NCBI RefSeq assembly: GCF_001194135.2
Contig: NC_068986.1
Location: 85,237,661-85,301,660 of the forward strand
DNA from: Octopus bimaculoides
Lineage: Eukaryota
Reading direction: 5' to 3'
Length of the DNA stretch: 64,000 nt
Part shown: in pieces, positions 24,711 to 37,904 of the stretch
Position numbering within the stretch: the stretch's first letter is position 1
How the letters are laid out: every line of letters starts with the position of its first letter
The notes under the pieces: generated by a model
What the model was told of the DNA's origin: nothing
Seen by the model: the letters and a program-made list of their open reading frames with translations, nothing else
The model's database searches: none
Made by a program: the position numbers and the translations under genes

Positions 24711-24844
24711 AACATACTTGAAAATGTAATTAGCATGTACTAGCTTGATGATAATGATAATAATTAATCATGTACTACAAAGCTTCAATGTACTAATGTA
24801 CATCTTTTTCTCTTGAATATACGCAGTGTATTATTGTTTTAGAT

Positions 24845-25015
24845 TTTGGTCTTATGTTGTATTATAAAGATTCTGCGAAAGATCTTTAAATTTCTAATAG
24901 AGATATTCTCCCTAAGTTGTGCATGGATGCAACTCTGTGGTTTTGGCCATGTTAAAATCGTAACTAAGGTGCCTATTATTACTGAAGGTGTTTTCCATCT
25001 TCCCTCACCTGTCAA
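24845..25015 (-). mobile_element. RLE retrotransposon 3' fragment (very degenerate)
   Basis: Minus strand: KTPSVIIGTLVTI...NLKIFRRIF. Confidence 0.4.
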
Positions 25016-26268
25016 TTTTTATATGTTTTTTTTTTAATAATTTCACTACTTTTAGAGATATATAATAATTTGCTGGGACCGCTACTTTGATTAGATGACA
25101 TGCTGGTCCATCATAACTACATCCGCTCTGTTTAACTTAATATCCTTCTTTGCGGGGCTAGGCATCTTCAGAACATGGTTCCTTTGTCATCTCACTTTGT
25201 AGATCTGAGAGAGCACGCTCTTCTCTCTGAATCTACTGTGGCTTCTGCATATAACATTACGTTTAATCTAGTGATATAATGTTCATGGCTTTCATTCAGT
25301 TTGCGTTGTTCTGGTTCGAGTCTTTCTCTGTTTTATTTTTTTATTTCGTTTTTTGCAATTTCATCTTTATGTTTTATCTTTCGGAGCAGATATAACGACT
25401 TCCATTTTTAATACATTTCCGCCTTTTTATTATTGTCATTTCTACAATTTATCATTATCTTTAATTTTTGCCTCCGTATCTGCTGTATTGGTTCAGTTTT
25501 TGTAGTTTAGTATGCTGTAATATTCTATGAGTTTATTGTATTCTCTCTTTATTAGTGTTTATGTGTTTATTTACTACATCTTTTCAGTTTTCACAACGTA
25601 TCATATTAAATTAGCTAGACTGTTGGAATTCAAAGTGAAGTTTCTCTACAAATTTACTAAGAAAATACTACAATTAGTTCTTCTGTGAAGAGTGAGTGTT
25701 ATTGGAAATTATGCAAAACGTACAGAAATATATTCCGTTCGTGATCGCGACCATTTATAACGTTGCTGTTTTAATTGCGAGAGTTGAGAAATATAGTCTA
25801 GCTTTTGTTTAAATTGAAATCGTTCGCTTCGTGTACCGGTTTACTTAATCTGATAATGTAGAGTTATCCATTTACCCACTATTTACTTTGCGCTTTCTCC
25901 TTTTAACCTTCGTCTGAATAATGTGGTGTACATTTGTATTATTTATCATTTTAAGACGAGTGACTGAATCCATCCAATGTTGATATTATTTGTGTCTTCT
26001 TACTGCTTAAACATGATGATTTGTTATCGAAAATCACTAGCATATGCAATATATTATAATAGTTTTAGCATGTAAATCATTGTATTACACAATCTCCTTC
26101 CAAATTATTTTCAGATTTAATTTGTTGTCTTTTCATCGATGAGCAGCATCCCTGGATCAAACATAGAGCAAAGTAGAGCGCCTGTCATCTACAGTGTCTT
26201 CAGATGCTCAGCCTTCTGCCAGTCGGGTAATACTGCCAGTGGAAGTTCCATTTTAGAGCTCTATAGAA

Positions 26269-26502
26269 GGCGGCGAGCAGGTAGAGGCGTTAGCGCGCCG
26301 GGCAAAATGCTTAGCGGTATTTCGTCTGCCGTTACATGCTGAGTTCGAATTCCGCCGAGGTCGACTTTGCCTTTCATCCTTTCAGAGTCGATAAATTAAG
26401 TACCAGTTACGCACTGGGGTCGATGTAATTGACTTAATCCCTTTGTTTGTCCTTGTTTGTCCCCTCTATGTGTAGCCCCTTGTGGGCAATAAAAAAATAA
26501 GA
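26269..26502 (+). mobile_element. SINE family A, tail type 1 (hairpin + AATAAA)
   Basis: Full head with B-box gagttcgaattcc; ends tgtagccccttgtgggcaataaaaaaataag. Confidence 0.88.
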
Positions 26503-26688
26503 AACATTAGTACGTCGGGCGAAATGCTTAGCGGTATTACATCTGACTTTACGTTTCCGCCGAGGTTGACTTTGCCTTTCATCTTTTCGGGGTCGATAAA
26601 TTAATTACCAGTTGCGTACTCGGGTCGATCTAATCGCCTGGTCTCCTCCCCCAAAAATTCCGGGTCTTGTGCCTAGAGTAGAAAAGGA
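26503..26688 (+). mobile_element. SINE family A, tail type 2, tandem to previous copy
   Basis: Same head and body; ends ctcctcccccaaaaattccgggtcttgtgcctagagtagaaaagg. Confidence 0.85.
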
Positions 26689-26699
26689 TATGTGTTGTA

Positions 26700-28000
26700 C
26701 GAATTGTTTTGGTCTATTGGGTGGTTATTGTAAAGGGTATATGTTGTATGCAGTAGATGTATTGATTGAATTTGTGCTATTGAATTAAAAGCGTATTGTG
26801 TCAGATGTGGAGTGTACTTGGTAGAGCTGTTTTAGGATTCGTTTATAGCCAAGGTTAGGCTTAGGGCCAGTATAAAGTTTCGGCTCAGGTTTGTAATACG
26901 GTGTTGTTTAGATTTTTTTTTCGTGACATTTTAAATCATTTCAATTCTTCCAATTATTATTATTGGTATAATTTTTTCTTTCACGTCTTTCATGTCATTT
27001 CATTCAAATTACAGAGCCTTGAATTTTATCTGCTTTTCCATTTGGTTTTTTTGTTTTTTTTCAAATAATGTGTTAATCAGAAGAGATAGTGATGCCTAAA
27101 GGTGTGTATACATTTACTTTGCAGTCCTCATTTATTATATTACTGCAATTTACCTCTATTTCTTTGCTAGTTTTGCTAGTTTGGATTAGCATGTCTATCA
27201 TTTTACTGCATATTCATACCACTCTCACTTCATTAGTCAAGTGTTCATCCTGTATGATGTTTAGTATGTGTCTAACACGTCTAATCCTTTTTACGTCGAC
27301 ACCATCATATGTTGCTCAGCATTTTTGTTGGTTCGACCTGGCAAGGGCTTGGTCAGATTCAATGTTGTCAACTGGCAGCATAGTTCGCTACTTTATTTAT
27401 GTAAAGGGTTTCCAGTATACAAGAACAGAGAATGCCTTCATTTATCAATCTATGTTATGCGAATGTTTGATTTCTTATTTATATTATCTTTTTATCATAG
27501 CTTGGTTCACCGATGGCTGCACATTGCAGCCAAACATTCCTTTCCCGGTAATCTTTCCGTAAATCCAGTAAGATATTATTCTCCACGTGTGTAACCAGTC
27601 TATTATACAGTACGGATGTACCGCATACATCTCTTTAATACTGTTACTGTGTATTTCCTATAGTGTTGATACTTAAAGGAGTATAATGTTTTAAAATAAT
27701 GTTCAGTGGGCGGACGTTATCTCTGTTTTTATTTTGAACCCTGACACTAAAAGATGATTCGTTTTATTCGGATTAAACATCTTGAAAAGACACCGTTTCT
27801 GAACCACATGTTGAATTATTTTTGTTTATAATTCACAGTAATCTCACACTGGAATGTTCATTACATATCCTAAGTGGACCGATAGTTTAATCAAGAGATT
27901 TTGTTTCTGATAACTTTATTAGCCGTAGTTTCGGAAATATATGTACGATTCCTTTCTTTGAAAAAAACTTTGAAACATCTTGGAGAGCATGTATAGAAGT
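26700..28000 (-). mobile_element. Highly degenerate LINE RT remnant (RTE-like, clade uncertain)
   Basis: Scattered minus-strand segments: WFRNG...LIRIKRII; IEVNCSNIINEDCKVNVYTPLGITIS. Many stops. Confidence 0.4.
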
Positions 28001-28222
28001 GTTTAACATTCACAAGGCAGTTCATACTTAATAATGAAACATTCAAAATTAACAGTAATGCTCAGGTTTATTTCTTTTTACTTTTTGTATTCTCTGTTGA
28101 AATCTCACTAGGATCAACCTTGCCTCCCATTTCATCGGGGTCAACAAAGTAAGGTTCTAATCGAATGATGAGATTGATAGTGTCGGGTAACTTTTTCCCT
28201 CAAGATTTGAGGCACTGCGCCT

Positions 28223-28318
<96 letters not shown>

Positions 28319-28337
28319 CATCATCATTATTATTATA

Positions 28338-29082
28338 CTTCTCGGAGCTCCCGGTCTTACTGAATCTGATTAATTCTATGAGAGCGGACAGCAACCAGAT
28401 GTCAGAGATCTCACTGGGTTTCTTTCCACAAATTATAAACCTGGGTAATAACCATGGAAGACACTCAGTACCCATGCACCAGAGTGTTAATCCTAGCTGT
28501 CCCAAGAAGAGCAGTTTTTCGGGCCTGCCTTGCCCTCATGCTAATTCCAGATTTTCCGACATATTTTTCAAATCTGGTTGTTAGTGCGCCGAGTGAACTT
28601 ACAACTACTAGGATAACACTTACTCTCCTCATTGCACACATTCTTGCAGTTTCGTCTGTATTTTCCATCTTTTCCAGGTCTTTGTCATCTACGCGTGCAT
28701 CCCCAGGAATAGCAATATCTATGACCTTAGTTTCCTTTTTCCATCTATTTACCTCAACAATGTCTGGTCTCCGAGCATCGATGAGGGAATCACACTGGAT
28801 TGTAAAATCACACAGGATCTTATATTCATTGTTCTCAGCGACGCCCTAACCATTTCCGTGCTCTGCCCAGACCACAATTTTCACAGTCTCCAGTGAATAA
28901 AATTAGACACGTTATCGTGCCTCCTTTTGTAGTACTTTTAGGCCAGCTCGCTATACTTACTCACGTTATGTGAGATTGTTTCGTTTTTGTTGTCACACAT
29001 CCTACAAAGAGACGATTCACTGCTCTTATCTATTTGGAACTTGGTGTAATTAGTTCTCAAAGCTTGTTCCTGGGTGATGCAT
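28338..29082 (-). mobile_element. R4/Dong-like RLE fragment (CCHC + REL + 3'UTR)
   Basis: QEQALRTNY...CRMCDNKNETISH...RRPDIV...IDIAIPGD...KTALLGTARI. Flanked by (ATT)n and (ATC)n. Confidence 0.88.
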
Positions 29083-29112
<30 letters not shown>

Positions 29113-29113
<1 letters not shown>

Positions 29114-29744
29114 CAGGTTTTGTTGAAACTCCTGGAGCCTTGCATATGTAGCGGTCTTGCTACCTGCAGCCTAAGCTAAAATGCTATCCGTTCTTTTCTG
29201 CTATCTAATATCTTCCTGATTATTCTGGCCGTGCTAAGGAGGAAAAACTATTGTAACAGTCCTACTGCTTCCTCTATTCCAATTTCCTTTATACTCCTTT
29301 TGATGCCTTCTAATACTGTCTTCAAGGAGCCTACAATAATTGGCACTATCTTCACCTCTTCCGTTTTCCCTAGACGGGCTATTTCATACTTAAGAGGGTT
29401 CTATCTATCTATCTATCTATCTATCTATTCTTTCGCCTTCCTTCTTGAATATTCGTGGGTCAAAGGGGCATGCGTCATCGACTATATAGCAGATGTGGTG
29501 CATCTTGTCGACCATCGCTAGGTCCGGTCTATTATGCTCTAGTACACGTTCTGCTTGGACTGGGAAATCCCAGGGGATTTTGCTAGTCTCCAACTCTGTC
29601 ACTCTCTGCAGTATGAGCTCATACAACGTCTTGCTCCCGCTTTTCGCGTAGTTTCCAATGCAGCACTTTCGCTACTTGTACTGGTTTGGGGCAAGTCTAG
29701 GGCATTCGTTCGTGACATGTGCAGTGGTGTTATCCACTCAATTT
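29113..29744 (-). mobile_element. R4/Dong-like RLE fragment interrupted by (CTAT)n
   Basis: PWDFPVQAERVLEHNRPDLAMVDK...IVDDACPFD...[microsatellite at about 29399-29427]...LKYEIARL...IVPIIVGSL...STARIIRKIL. Confidence 0.85.
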
Positions 29745-29754
29745 GTTGTTGTTG

Positions 29755-29800
<46 letters not shown>

Positions 29801-29863
29801 CATTATTATTATCATTATTATTGTTGTTGTTGTTATTAATAATAATAATAATAATAATAAAAT

Positions 29864-30208
29864 TGAGTAGTCTTGTTTTTACCCCATGCTTTCGCTGTTC
29901 TACAGAGCGCAGCTCTGTGTGCCTTGAGTATGAGCTGTGGTTTGTTGTGGTATTCTTATTTTCACTGTATTGAAAGTGTTTTACGTAGGATGATTGCAGT
30001 GCCTATTAGTGCTATTTTCTGTATGTTATATATACTTGTAAGTCCTGGTGTTTTTGTTATGTATTTGTCTGAATCATTTTTTATCATACCTAATGCGCCT
30101 ACTATGATAGGAATTGTTTCTGTTTTTGAGCTCCACATTCGAGTTACCTCCTTTTTCCAGATCTTTATACATCTATTTCCACATCTAGTTACCTCTATTT
30201 CCAGATCT
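29864..30208 (-). mobile_element. RLE 3' end (subfamily shared with 31752-31824 and 33720-34001)
   Basis: DLEIEVTR...MWSSKTETIPIIVGALGMIK...IQKIALIGTAIILRKTLSIQ*. Confidence 0.88.
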
Positions 30209-30380
30209 TTCTTCTTCTTCTTCTTCTTCTTCTTCTTCTTCTTCTTCTTCTTCTTCTTCTTCTTCTTCTTCTTCTTCTTCTTCTTCTTCTTCTTCTTCTT
30301 CTTCTTCTTCTTCTTCTTCTTCTTCTTCTTCTTCTTCTTCTTCTTCTTCTTCTTCTTCTTCTTCTTCTTCTTCTTCTTCT

Positions 30381-30382
<2 letters not shown>
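30209..30382. repeat. (TTC)n/(GAA)n microsatellite, about 58 units
   Basis: Direct observation; continues into (ATT)n. Confidence 0.97.
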
Positions 30383-30432
<50 letters not shown>

Positions 30433-30433
<1 letters not shown>

Positions 30434-31687
30434 GTCGCACACTATACAATATTGTGAGGTTATTTGAAGATTTTGTGTCTGCTGGGGTTTGTACTGTTTT
30501 TTCAAGTCACAACAACGACCTCAGACACACAGTACATTACGCAATATACGTGCAGTTCCAAATAATGCCGATTTTTGCAATATATCTAGATTGTAGGGTA
30601 TCTCTAAGGTTGTCAGATGTTTTTTTTTTTTCAGATAATGTGGTATTGAACCCAATGCTCCGATAACAATAGGGATATCCTTTATGTTTGACTCCTGTAG
30701 CTGCCACATCTTAGCGATCTCAATTCTCAGGTGTCCATATTTATGAACCTTTTCTCTTTCTTTCTTTCATGATAATAAGTTGATCTCCTGGTACTGCCAC
30801 GTCAATTGTTAGGCATTCTTGTTTGTCTTTCCTAATGGTTTCTATATCCGGCCTTCGATGCTCTAATGCCTTGTCTGTCTGGAAGTCCCAGAGGATTTTT
30901 GCCTTTCTCCTTTCGTCCATTACCTTTAACGGTGTATGTTGGTACCAAGCACCCGTAACCTCATATCAATACTTACGGCATAGCAGCCAGTGGAGGATAT
31001 GGCCTACCTTGTCATGTTTCCGCTTGTATTCTTTCTGCGCAAGAATTTCACAAGCACTAACAATGTGAGTCACGCTTTCGACCCTCTTCTCACACATTCT
31101 GCAAACGTTCGTTGCACTTGTATGGTATATATTCTTTTTCACTGAGTTGGTGTTCAATACCTGGTCCTGGACGGCGATTATTATGCTTTCAGTATTCTTT
31201 TTTAGGTCACCTTTGTTAAACCACCTCCATGAGGTTTCCAGGTCACTTCATTTCTTGGTTTCACGGTGGAACTGACTATCTAATTCCATGCCGAGTAGGG
31301 TTTCTTCTCTCTCGTTGGCTATTCTTGATCGCAATTCATGAGCACTCTCAAGTCCATTTTTTCTAAATCCTTCTGCATTAGCAAGCATACTGTAACAGGT
31401 CTTATTTGCTGTTTACCAAATATTCTGTCATGTTTCTTCTTTCACTGTTGATACATTCTCGTACGCTAATGAGGTCACGTCCACCTTTACTCCTTCATGT
31501 AGAGCCTGTGTACATTCGCCTTAGGGTGGAGGGCACCATATATTGTCATTGTCTTTCAGGTAGTCCGATCGAGTTGGTTGTGTCCATTTCAGAATGGGTG
31601 CACTTTATGGGACTACAGCAACCGCCCATATGTTGATGGCAGTCACAAGGTTCCTTGAGTTGAGCCTTGATTTCAAGAATATCAGTG

Positions 31688-31690
<3 letters not shown>
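30433..31690 (-). mobile_element. R4/Dong-like RLE fragment (post-RT region, CCHC, REL, 3'UTR)
   Basis: CRMCEKRVESVTHIVSACEILAQKEYKRKHDKV; PIVIGALGSIP...LQKSALFGTARILRNVL. (ATT)n on both sides. Confidence 0.9.
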
Positions 31691-31751
<61 letters not shown>

Positions 31752-31754
<3 letters not shown>

Positions 31755-31824
31755 TAGTTTTATTTTTATAACGTGCTTTCACTTCACTACCGAGCGCAGC
31801 TCTGTGTGCCTTGGGTATGTGCTG
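31752..31824 (-). mobile_element. RLE 3'UTR end (runs into gap)
   Basis: Near-identical to 33720-33795; follows (ATT)n. Confidence 0.8.
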
Positions 31825-32582
31825 NNNNNNNNNNNNNNNNNNNNNNNNNNNNNNNNNNNNNNNNNNNNNNNNNNNNNNNNNNNNNNNNNNNNNNNNNNNN
31901 NNNNNNNNNNNNNNNNNNNNNNNNNNNNNNNNNNNNNNNNNNNNNNNNNNNNNNNNNNNNNNNNNNNNNNNNNNNNNNNNNNNNNNNNNNNNNNNNNNNN
32001 NNNNNNNNNNNNNNNNNNNNNNNNNNNNNNNNNNNNNNNNNNNNNNNNNNNNNNNNNNNNNNNNNNNNNNNNNNNNNNNNNNNNNNNNNNNNNNNNNNNN
32101 NNNNNNNNNNNNNNNNNNNNNNNNNNNNNNNNNNNNNNNNNNNNNNNNNNNNNNNNNNNNNNNNNNNNNNNNNNNNNNNNNNNNNNNNNNNNNNNNNNNN
32201 NNNNNNNNNNNNNNNNNNNNNNNNNNNNNNNNNNNNNNNNNNNNNNNNNNNNNNNNNNNNNNNNNNNNNNNNNNNNNNNNNNNNNNNNNNNNNNNNNNNN
32301 NNNNNNNNNNNNNNNNNNNNNNNNNNNNNNNNNNNNNNNNNNNNNNNNNNNNNNNNNNNNNNNNNNNNNNNNNNNNNNNNNNNNNNNNNNNNNNNNNNNN
32401 NNNNNNNNNNNNNNNNNNNNNNNNNNNNNNNNNNNNNNNNNNNNNNNNNNNNNNNNNNNNNNNNNNNNNNNNNNNNNNNNNNNNNNNNNNNNNNNNNNNN
32501 NNNNNNNNNNNNNNNNNNNNNNNNNNNNNNNNNNNNNNNNNNNNNNNNNNNNNNNNNNNNNNNNNNNNNNNNNNNNNNNNNG

Positions 32583-32683
<101 letters not shown>

Positions 32684-32769
32684 ATAATGATGATGATGAT
32701 GATAGTAATAATAATAATAAGAATTATTATTATTCTTTTATATCATCATTTATGGTTTCCTTTCATTAT

Positions 32770-33654
32770 AACTTTATTTCAGATGCCTTAGTACCGAGCA
32801 TCCTACGGAGGCCAAGAGCAAAAGGGCACTTTTGTCTTGGTAAAATTATCACCGCATTTATTCCATTTTAGATGGAGAGTGCTTTCCGTAGTTTATGGGT
32901 TGTACTCAAGGTCATCTTTTGTAGTTCACGGAGACTGGAATTCCCAGGGAGTTACTTAATATACTTCTCAGTTCCCTTCTTTATCATTCCCAACGCACCA
33001 ATTACTACTGGTATTATCGTAGTACTAAGCTTCCACATTTTTGTGATTTCAATTTGCAGATCTTTATAGTGAAAGCTTTTCGTATTCCTTTCTTAAGACA
33101 TTTTGATCTTGTGGGACAGACATATCTATTAACAGACAAGTTCCTTTGATGTAATCCTTGATCACAATGCCAGGTCGATCGGAGTCAATTTTTCTGTCTG
33201 TTTGTATTGTGAATTTCCAAAGGATAGTGACGCCCTCGCCATTTGCTACATCTTCTGGATGGTGCCTGTACCACTTTCGTGGGGTCTAATCTTATAGTAT
33301 TTACAAACATTCCAGTGGATGTACTGCCCTGGTCTGTCGTGTCTTATGAGGTACACCTTTTCAGCGAGGACTGGGCAGCCATAAACAACGTTTTCTATTC
33401 TCTCTGTGAATTTTCCGCAAATTCTGCATGAGGGGCCAGATCCATATTTAAGGATCTTTGCATAGTAGTTCCTCGTAGGTAAGCTCTGTTTCCCCCTTCA
33501 GACCTGTCCCTTGTAGCCATTGGTGTGTTAGATTTTGATCAATATCTGGTTTGGACAAGCGGTTAGGGTATTTTCTATGCAGGAATTTACCTTTGCAGTT
33601 GTCTTCAATATTATTCATGCAAGCCTTCTTTGCTTTCTGTTTGATGTTTCTATT
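32770..33654 (-). mobile_element. R4/Dong-like RLE fragment (CCHC + REL)
   Basis: Minus strand: LPTRNYYAKI...CRIC...RHDRPGQYIHWNVC...WKFTIQTDRKIDSDRPGIVI...TTIIPVVIGALGMIK. Bounded by ATT-type repeats. Confidence 0.85.
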
Positions 33655-33665
33655 ATGATTATTAA

Positions 33666-33717
<52 letters not shown>

Positions 33718-33719
33718 GT

Positions 33720-34001
33720 TCAGTAGTTTTATTTTTATAACGTGCTTTCACTTCACTACCGAGCGCAGCTCTGTGCGCCTTGGGTATGTGCTGTGGTTTG
33801 CTGTGGTGCTCTTATGTTTACTGTATTGAAAGTGTTTTGCGTAAGATGTGTGCAGTGCCCAGTAGTGCAATTTTCTGTATGTTATATATATTTGTAAGTC
33901 CTGGTGTTTTTGTTATGTATTTGTCTGAATATTTTTGTATTATACCTAAGGCACCTACTATAATAGGAATTGTTTCTGTTTTTAGATTCATTCATATGTT
34001 T
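33720..34001 (-). mobile_element. RLE 3' end (runs into gap)
   Basis: About 90 percent similar by eye to 29880-30125; follows (ATT)n. Confidence 0.85.
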
Positions 34002-34431
34002 NNNNNNNNNNNNNNNNNNNNNNNNNNNNNNNNNNNNNNNNNNNNNNNNNNNNNNNNNNNNNNNNNNNNNNNNNNNNNNNNNNNNNNNNNNNNNNNNNNN
34101 NNNNNNNNNNNNNNNNNNNNNNNNNNNNNNNNNNNNNNNNNNNNNNNNNNNNNNNNNNNNNNNNNNNNNNNNNNNNNNNNNNNNNNNNNNNNNNNNNNNN
34201 NNNNNNNNNNNNNNNNNNNNNNNNNNNNNNNNNNNNNNNNNNNNNNNNNNNNNNNNNNNNNNNNNNNNNNNNNNNNNNNNNNNNNNNNNNNNNNNNNNNN
34301 NNNNNNNNNNNNNNNNNNNNNNNNNNNNNNNNNNNNNNNNNNNNNNNNNNNNNNNNNNNNNNNNNNNNNNNNNNNNNNNNNNNNNNNNNNNNNNNNNNNN
34401 NNNNNNNNNNNNNNNNNNNNNNNNNNNNNNN

Positions 34432-34487
<56 letters not shown>

Positions 34488-35740
34488 GTTTATGTTTGAC
34501 TTTTGCTTTGCATTTGTACAAGTTGGCTCCAAGTCTCACCCAGAGACCTCAAGAGACAAAAAGTTCATGTTAGTGTTATGCCTAGGGTGTCATATATTTG
34601 GTTTTGCACATAGTATTGTTCTAGAGAATTTTAAGACAGCATAAGAAAATTGTGTGTTTGTTTTAAAATTTGAGATTACGTAGATATTATTTTACGTAGG
34701 ATATGGGCAGTTTCCATGAGCATTATCTTTTGAATTTCTGCCATTTTGGGATTTCCTGGTATCTGAGCTAAGTAGCAATCAGCACCTTTTGCTATCGTTC
34801 CTAGGGCACTTATGACAACAAATATTGTTTTATTCTTCAGGTTCCACATTTTGTTAATTCCAATTTCAAGGTCTTTATACTTGCCCAGTTTTTGGTAGGT
34901 CTTGACAGATATGTTTATACTGATTGGGACAGTCATATCAATGAGGAGGGATGATTTCTGTCTGAAGTCCTTCAATATAATGTCTGGCCTATTTGTATCT
35001 ATCTTTCTGTCAGTTTGAATGGTGAAGTTCCAGAGGAGTGAAATGTGATTATTTTCATGCACAGGAGGTGGCTTGTGTACCCACCAGTTTTTATCATGGC
35101 GCAAGTCCAGGTTTTTGCATATTGTGCAGCTCTATCATGCCTCTTGAGATACTCTGTAGGCGCAAGGAAACTGTACATGGAGACAACATGATCAATAGTT
35201 TCATTTTGTTGTTGACACACACGACATATTAGGGAGCTACCATTCTTTAATATGTTGGCCTTGTAGTTCCTTGTAGGTAGGCATTGATCTTGGGCTGATA
35301 TAATAAACCTTTCCGTTTCTGATTTTAAGCCAGAAGCCATTAGCCATTGATGGGTAAGGGCTTTGTCAACATCGGCATTATAGGCTCTTTTTGACTTTTT
35401 GGCATTGAGATGTTTTTCTTGCCATTTATCAGTCAGAATATCTAAGGCAGCAATTTTAGCACGGGTTTTCAAGCGCTTAGCTTTTCTGCGCTTGTTTCTT
35501 GTACGTCTAATTCTAGAATTTGTTGCATTTGGAATTCACTTATATATTCCTTTGCCTGCTTTGTTTCTGAGTATGATGCTTTCTTGTTTTCATGTTTTGA
35601 GACAAGGTTTAACATCCAGTCCTCAGAGCTTTTCAGGTAGATGTCTAGACCAATTGTGGCAATCTTCATTGTTAATGCCAGTTGTAAAAGTCCATGTCCT
35701 CCCTCTTTTCTTGGCAGATAAAGTCATTCTATATCTGCCT
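34488..35740 (-). mobile_element. R4/Dong-like RLE fragment (post-RT region, CCHC, REL, 3'UTR)
   Basis: ORFs 34676-35104, 34999-35472 and 35469-35669: GLKSETE.FI..AQDQCLPTRNY...CRVCQQQNETIDHVVS...NRPDIILKD...IDMTVP. (ATT)n on both sides. Confidence 0.92.
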
Positions 35741-35768
35741 ATATTATTATTATTATTATTATTATTAC

Positions 35769-35828
<60 letters not shown>

Positions 35829-36481
35829 CAATGTTGTTGGTGTTGGTGTTGAGAAGAAACTGCTTGCCCGCAACTACTTTGTTGATTTCTTTCAAAATAT
35901 TGATATCACTTCTGTGTAATGGAACCAAGTATAGAGGGAGAGAATAAATCTATTTAGAATTTTTCCTCCGACCTGAAGTGAAAAAATTAAGAGGTATTTT
36001 TAAGAAATCACTTATTTGGTTTCACTTTTAACGCGCAACAGAAATGTGAAGAAGTTATAGAGACAACGCCCCCTCAGAGAAACCTAGGTAACTACAGTGA
36101 GAACAAACAAAAGGAATAGACAACACAAAGCAGTTGATTGTGTGGATACTAAAAAGAATCTCATTTGGCGACACTTTAAGCAATAATAACATTTACACGC
36201 CTACTGCACGCCTACATAAACATTTTCAAATCACAAATACAGTAATTCTATATTTTTTATGATAACAATTTAAGGAGAAGGCAATTATCGTCATTTACCA
36301 TAGCGACTGCAATTGATAAACATTGGATATGATATTTGGATAAAAGAAAGAAGACCAGGCATCATTACGGTATTAAATAAATGGGTAAGATTTTATCCGA
36401 AACTGTCACAGAGTTGTGAAAGCGAAATAAAATACATTTTACCCCAGTGTTACTTTGATGACATGCACTGCTCGCTCACCC

Positions 36482-36525
<44 letters not shown>

Positions 36526-36526
<1 letters not shown>

Positions 36527-37370
36527 GAATAAGTGATCAAACGCATAAAAGGACAAGAATGAAATACAAAGAAAGCACTTCAGACAGATTGAAGAGAAAC
36601 CTCTGCATGACCAATTTTGGAGAACCACTGAGGACGTATGGGCTTGGTTAAAAAAAGGGTAATTAAAAAAAGAAACAAAGGTTATAATTGTAGCAGCTAA
36701 AAACCAAGCAATGAAATAAACAACTTGAGAAAAAATATATGGAGAGGTGTGTCAGAAAAATGCAGAGCTTGTGGAACTTGGAACGAGACAGTAGCACACA
36801 TTGTGACAGAATGCACCAAGTTGGCACAGGAAGAATATAAGAAATGAAGGCACGACCAGGTTGTAAGAGCATTACGCTGGAAACTGTCAGAAATGATGAT
36901 TTGAAGCCGGAAATACATGATGCAATCGAGTTGAAATAGTATTGGAATCGGAGAAACGTAAGATTTTGTGGGGCTTTCCTCTTCAAACGGACAGGAAGTT
37001 AGAAAATTACAGACCGAACATAACAATTATAGATTAGGAAATGATGTTGACTAATCGACCCATCATGCCTGTTTGATTTCAGGATCTTAAAGAAAGAGGA
37101 CGAAAAACAAAAACAGAAAAAATAATGTATATAATCCCTTAAAATTTTAAATAGGAAGAAGTTGGTGAATGAGATCAGTGAAAGTCGGCTTATGATTAGT
37201 GTGTTGGGAACAGTAAGCAAAGATATAGACAAATGGGCTAAGGAGATTGAAACAGAATGTCCTACACAGCAAAGATTATCAGGAGGGTTCTAAGCAGTTG
37301 AAATAAAGCTGAAAAACTGTGGATACTTAAGGTTACAGGTAATAAGATGGGCTACAGCAAATATTCTGCT
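36526..37370 (+). mobile_element. R4/Dong-like RLE fragment, degenerate
   Basis: EKPLHDQFWR...CRACGTWNETVAHIVTECTKLAQEEYK...MISVLGTV. Preceded by (AAT)n. Confidence 0.8.
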
Positions 37371-37377
37371 TAATAGC

Positions 37378-37800
37378 ACAGATTTGCTTGTCAGTTGTTT
37401 GACCTTAACCAGTTGAGCATGTCCCTTGGTGGCTGACGATATGTGCACCTCTGATCATGAACAGAAGTAGTGGGGGAGCATCATAGCCATGTGTTGAGGG
37501 GAATTCTTTGGGAATTGAATAATTCACCTTTGGAAACATGGGTGTTTTGTTCAACATCCTTAAACAAACCTTATTCAGGGACCTTTTGAACGGGATGGGC
37601 TACTCGACCTGAAGAAAATTCTAAGTGGGCCCAACCTGCGAGGTCATGCGCTGTTTATCTTGATATGAGATCACCATGTCACGCACATATGGTTGTGATG
37701 TATGTGCCTGGTGTATCAGACGAGTAGTCATGATGGGTATATTGGGCTTCCTATATTTTACCCCGTGTCACTTTGATGGCTTGCACTGCTCTCTCACTCA
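37378..37800 (+). repeat. Non-coding interspersed-repeat-like segment ending in an (AAT)n tract, class unknown
   Basis: Higher-GC block with no coding similarity, ending ...ctctctcactcAATAATAAT; embedded in the RLE cluster. Confidence 0.5.
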
Positions 37801-37809
37801 ATAATAATG

Positions 37810-37903
<94 letters not shown>

Positions 37904-37904
<1 letters not shown>

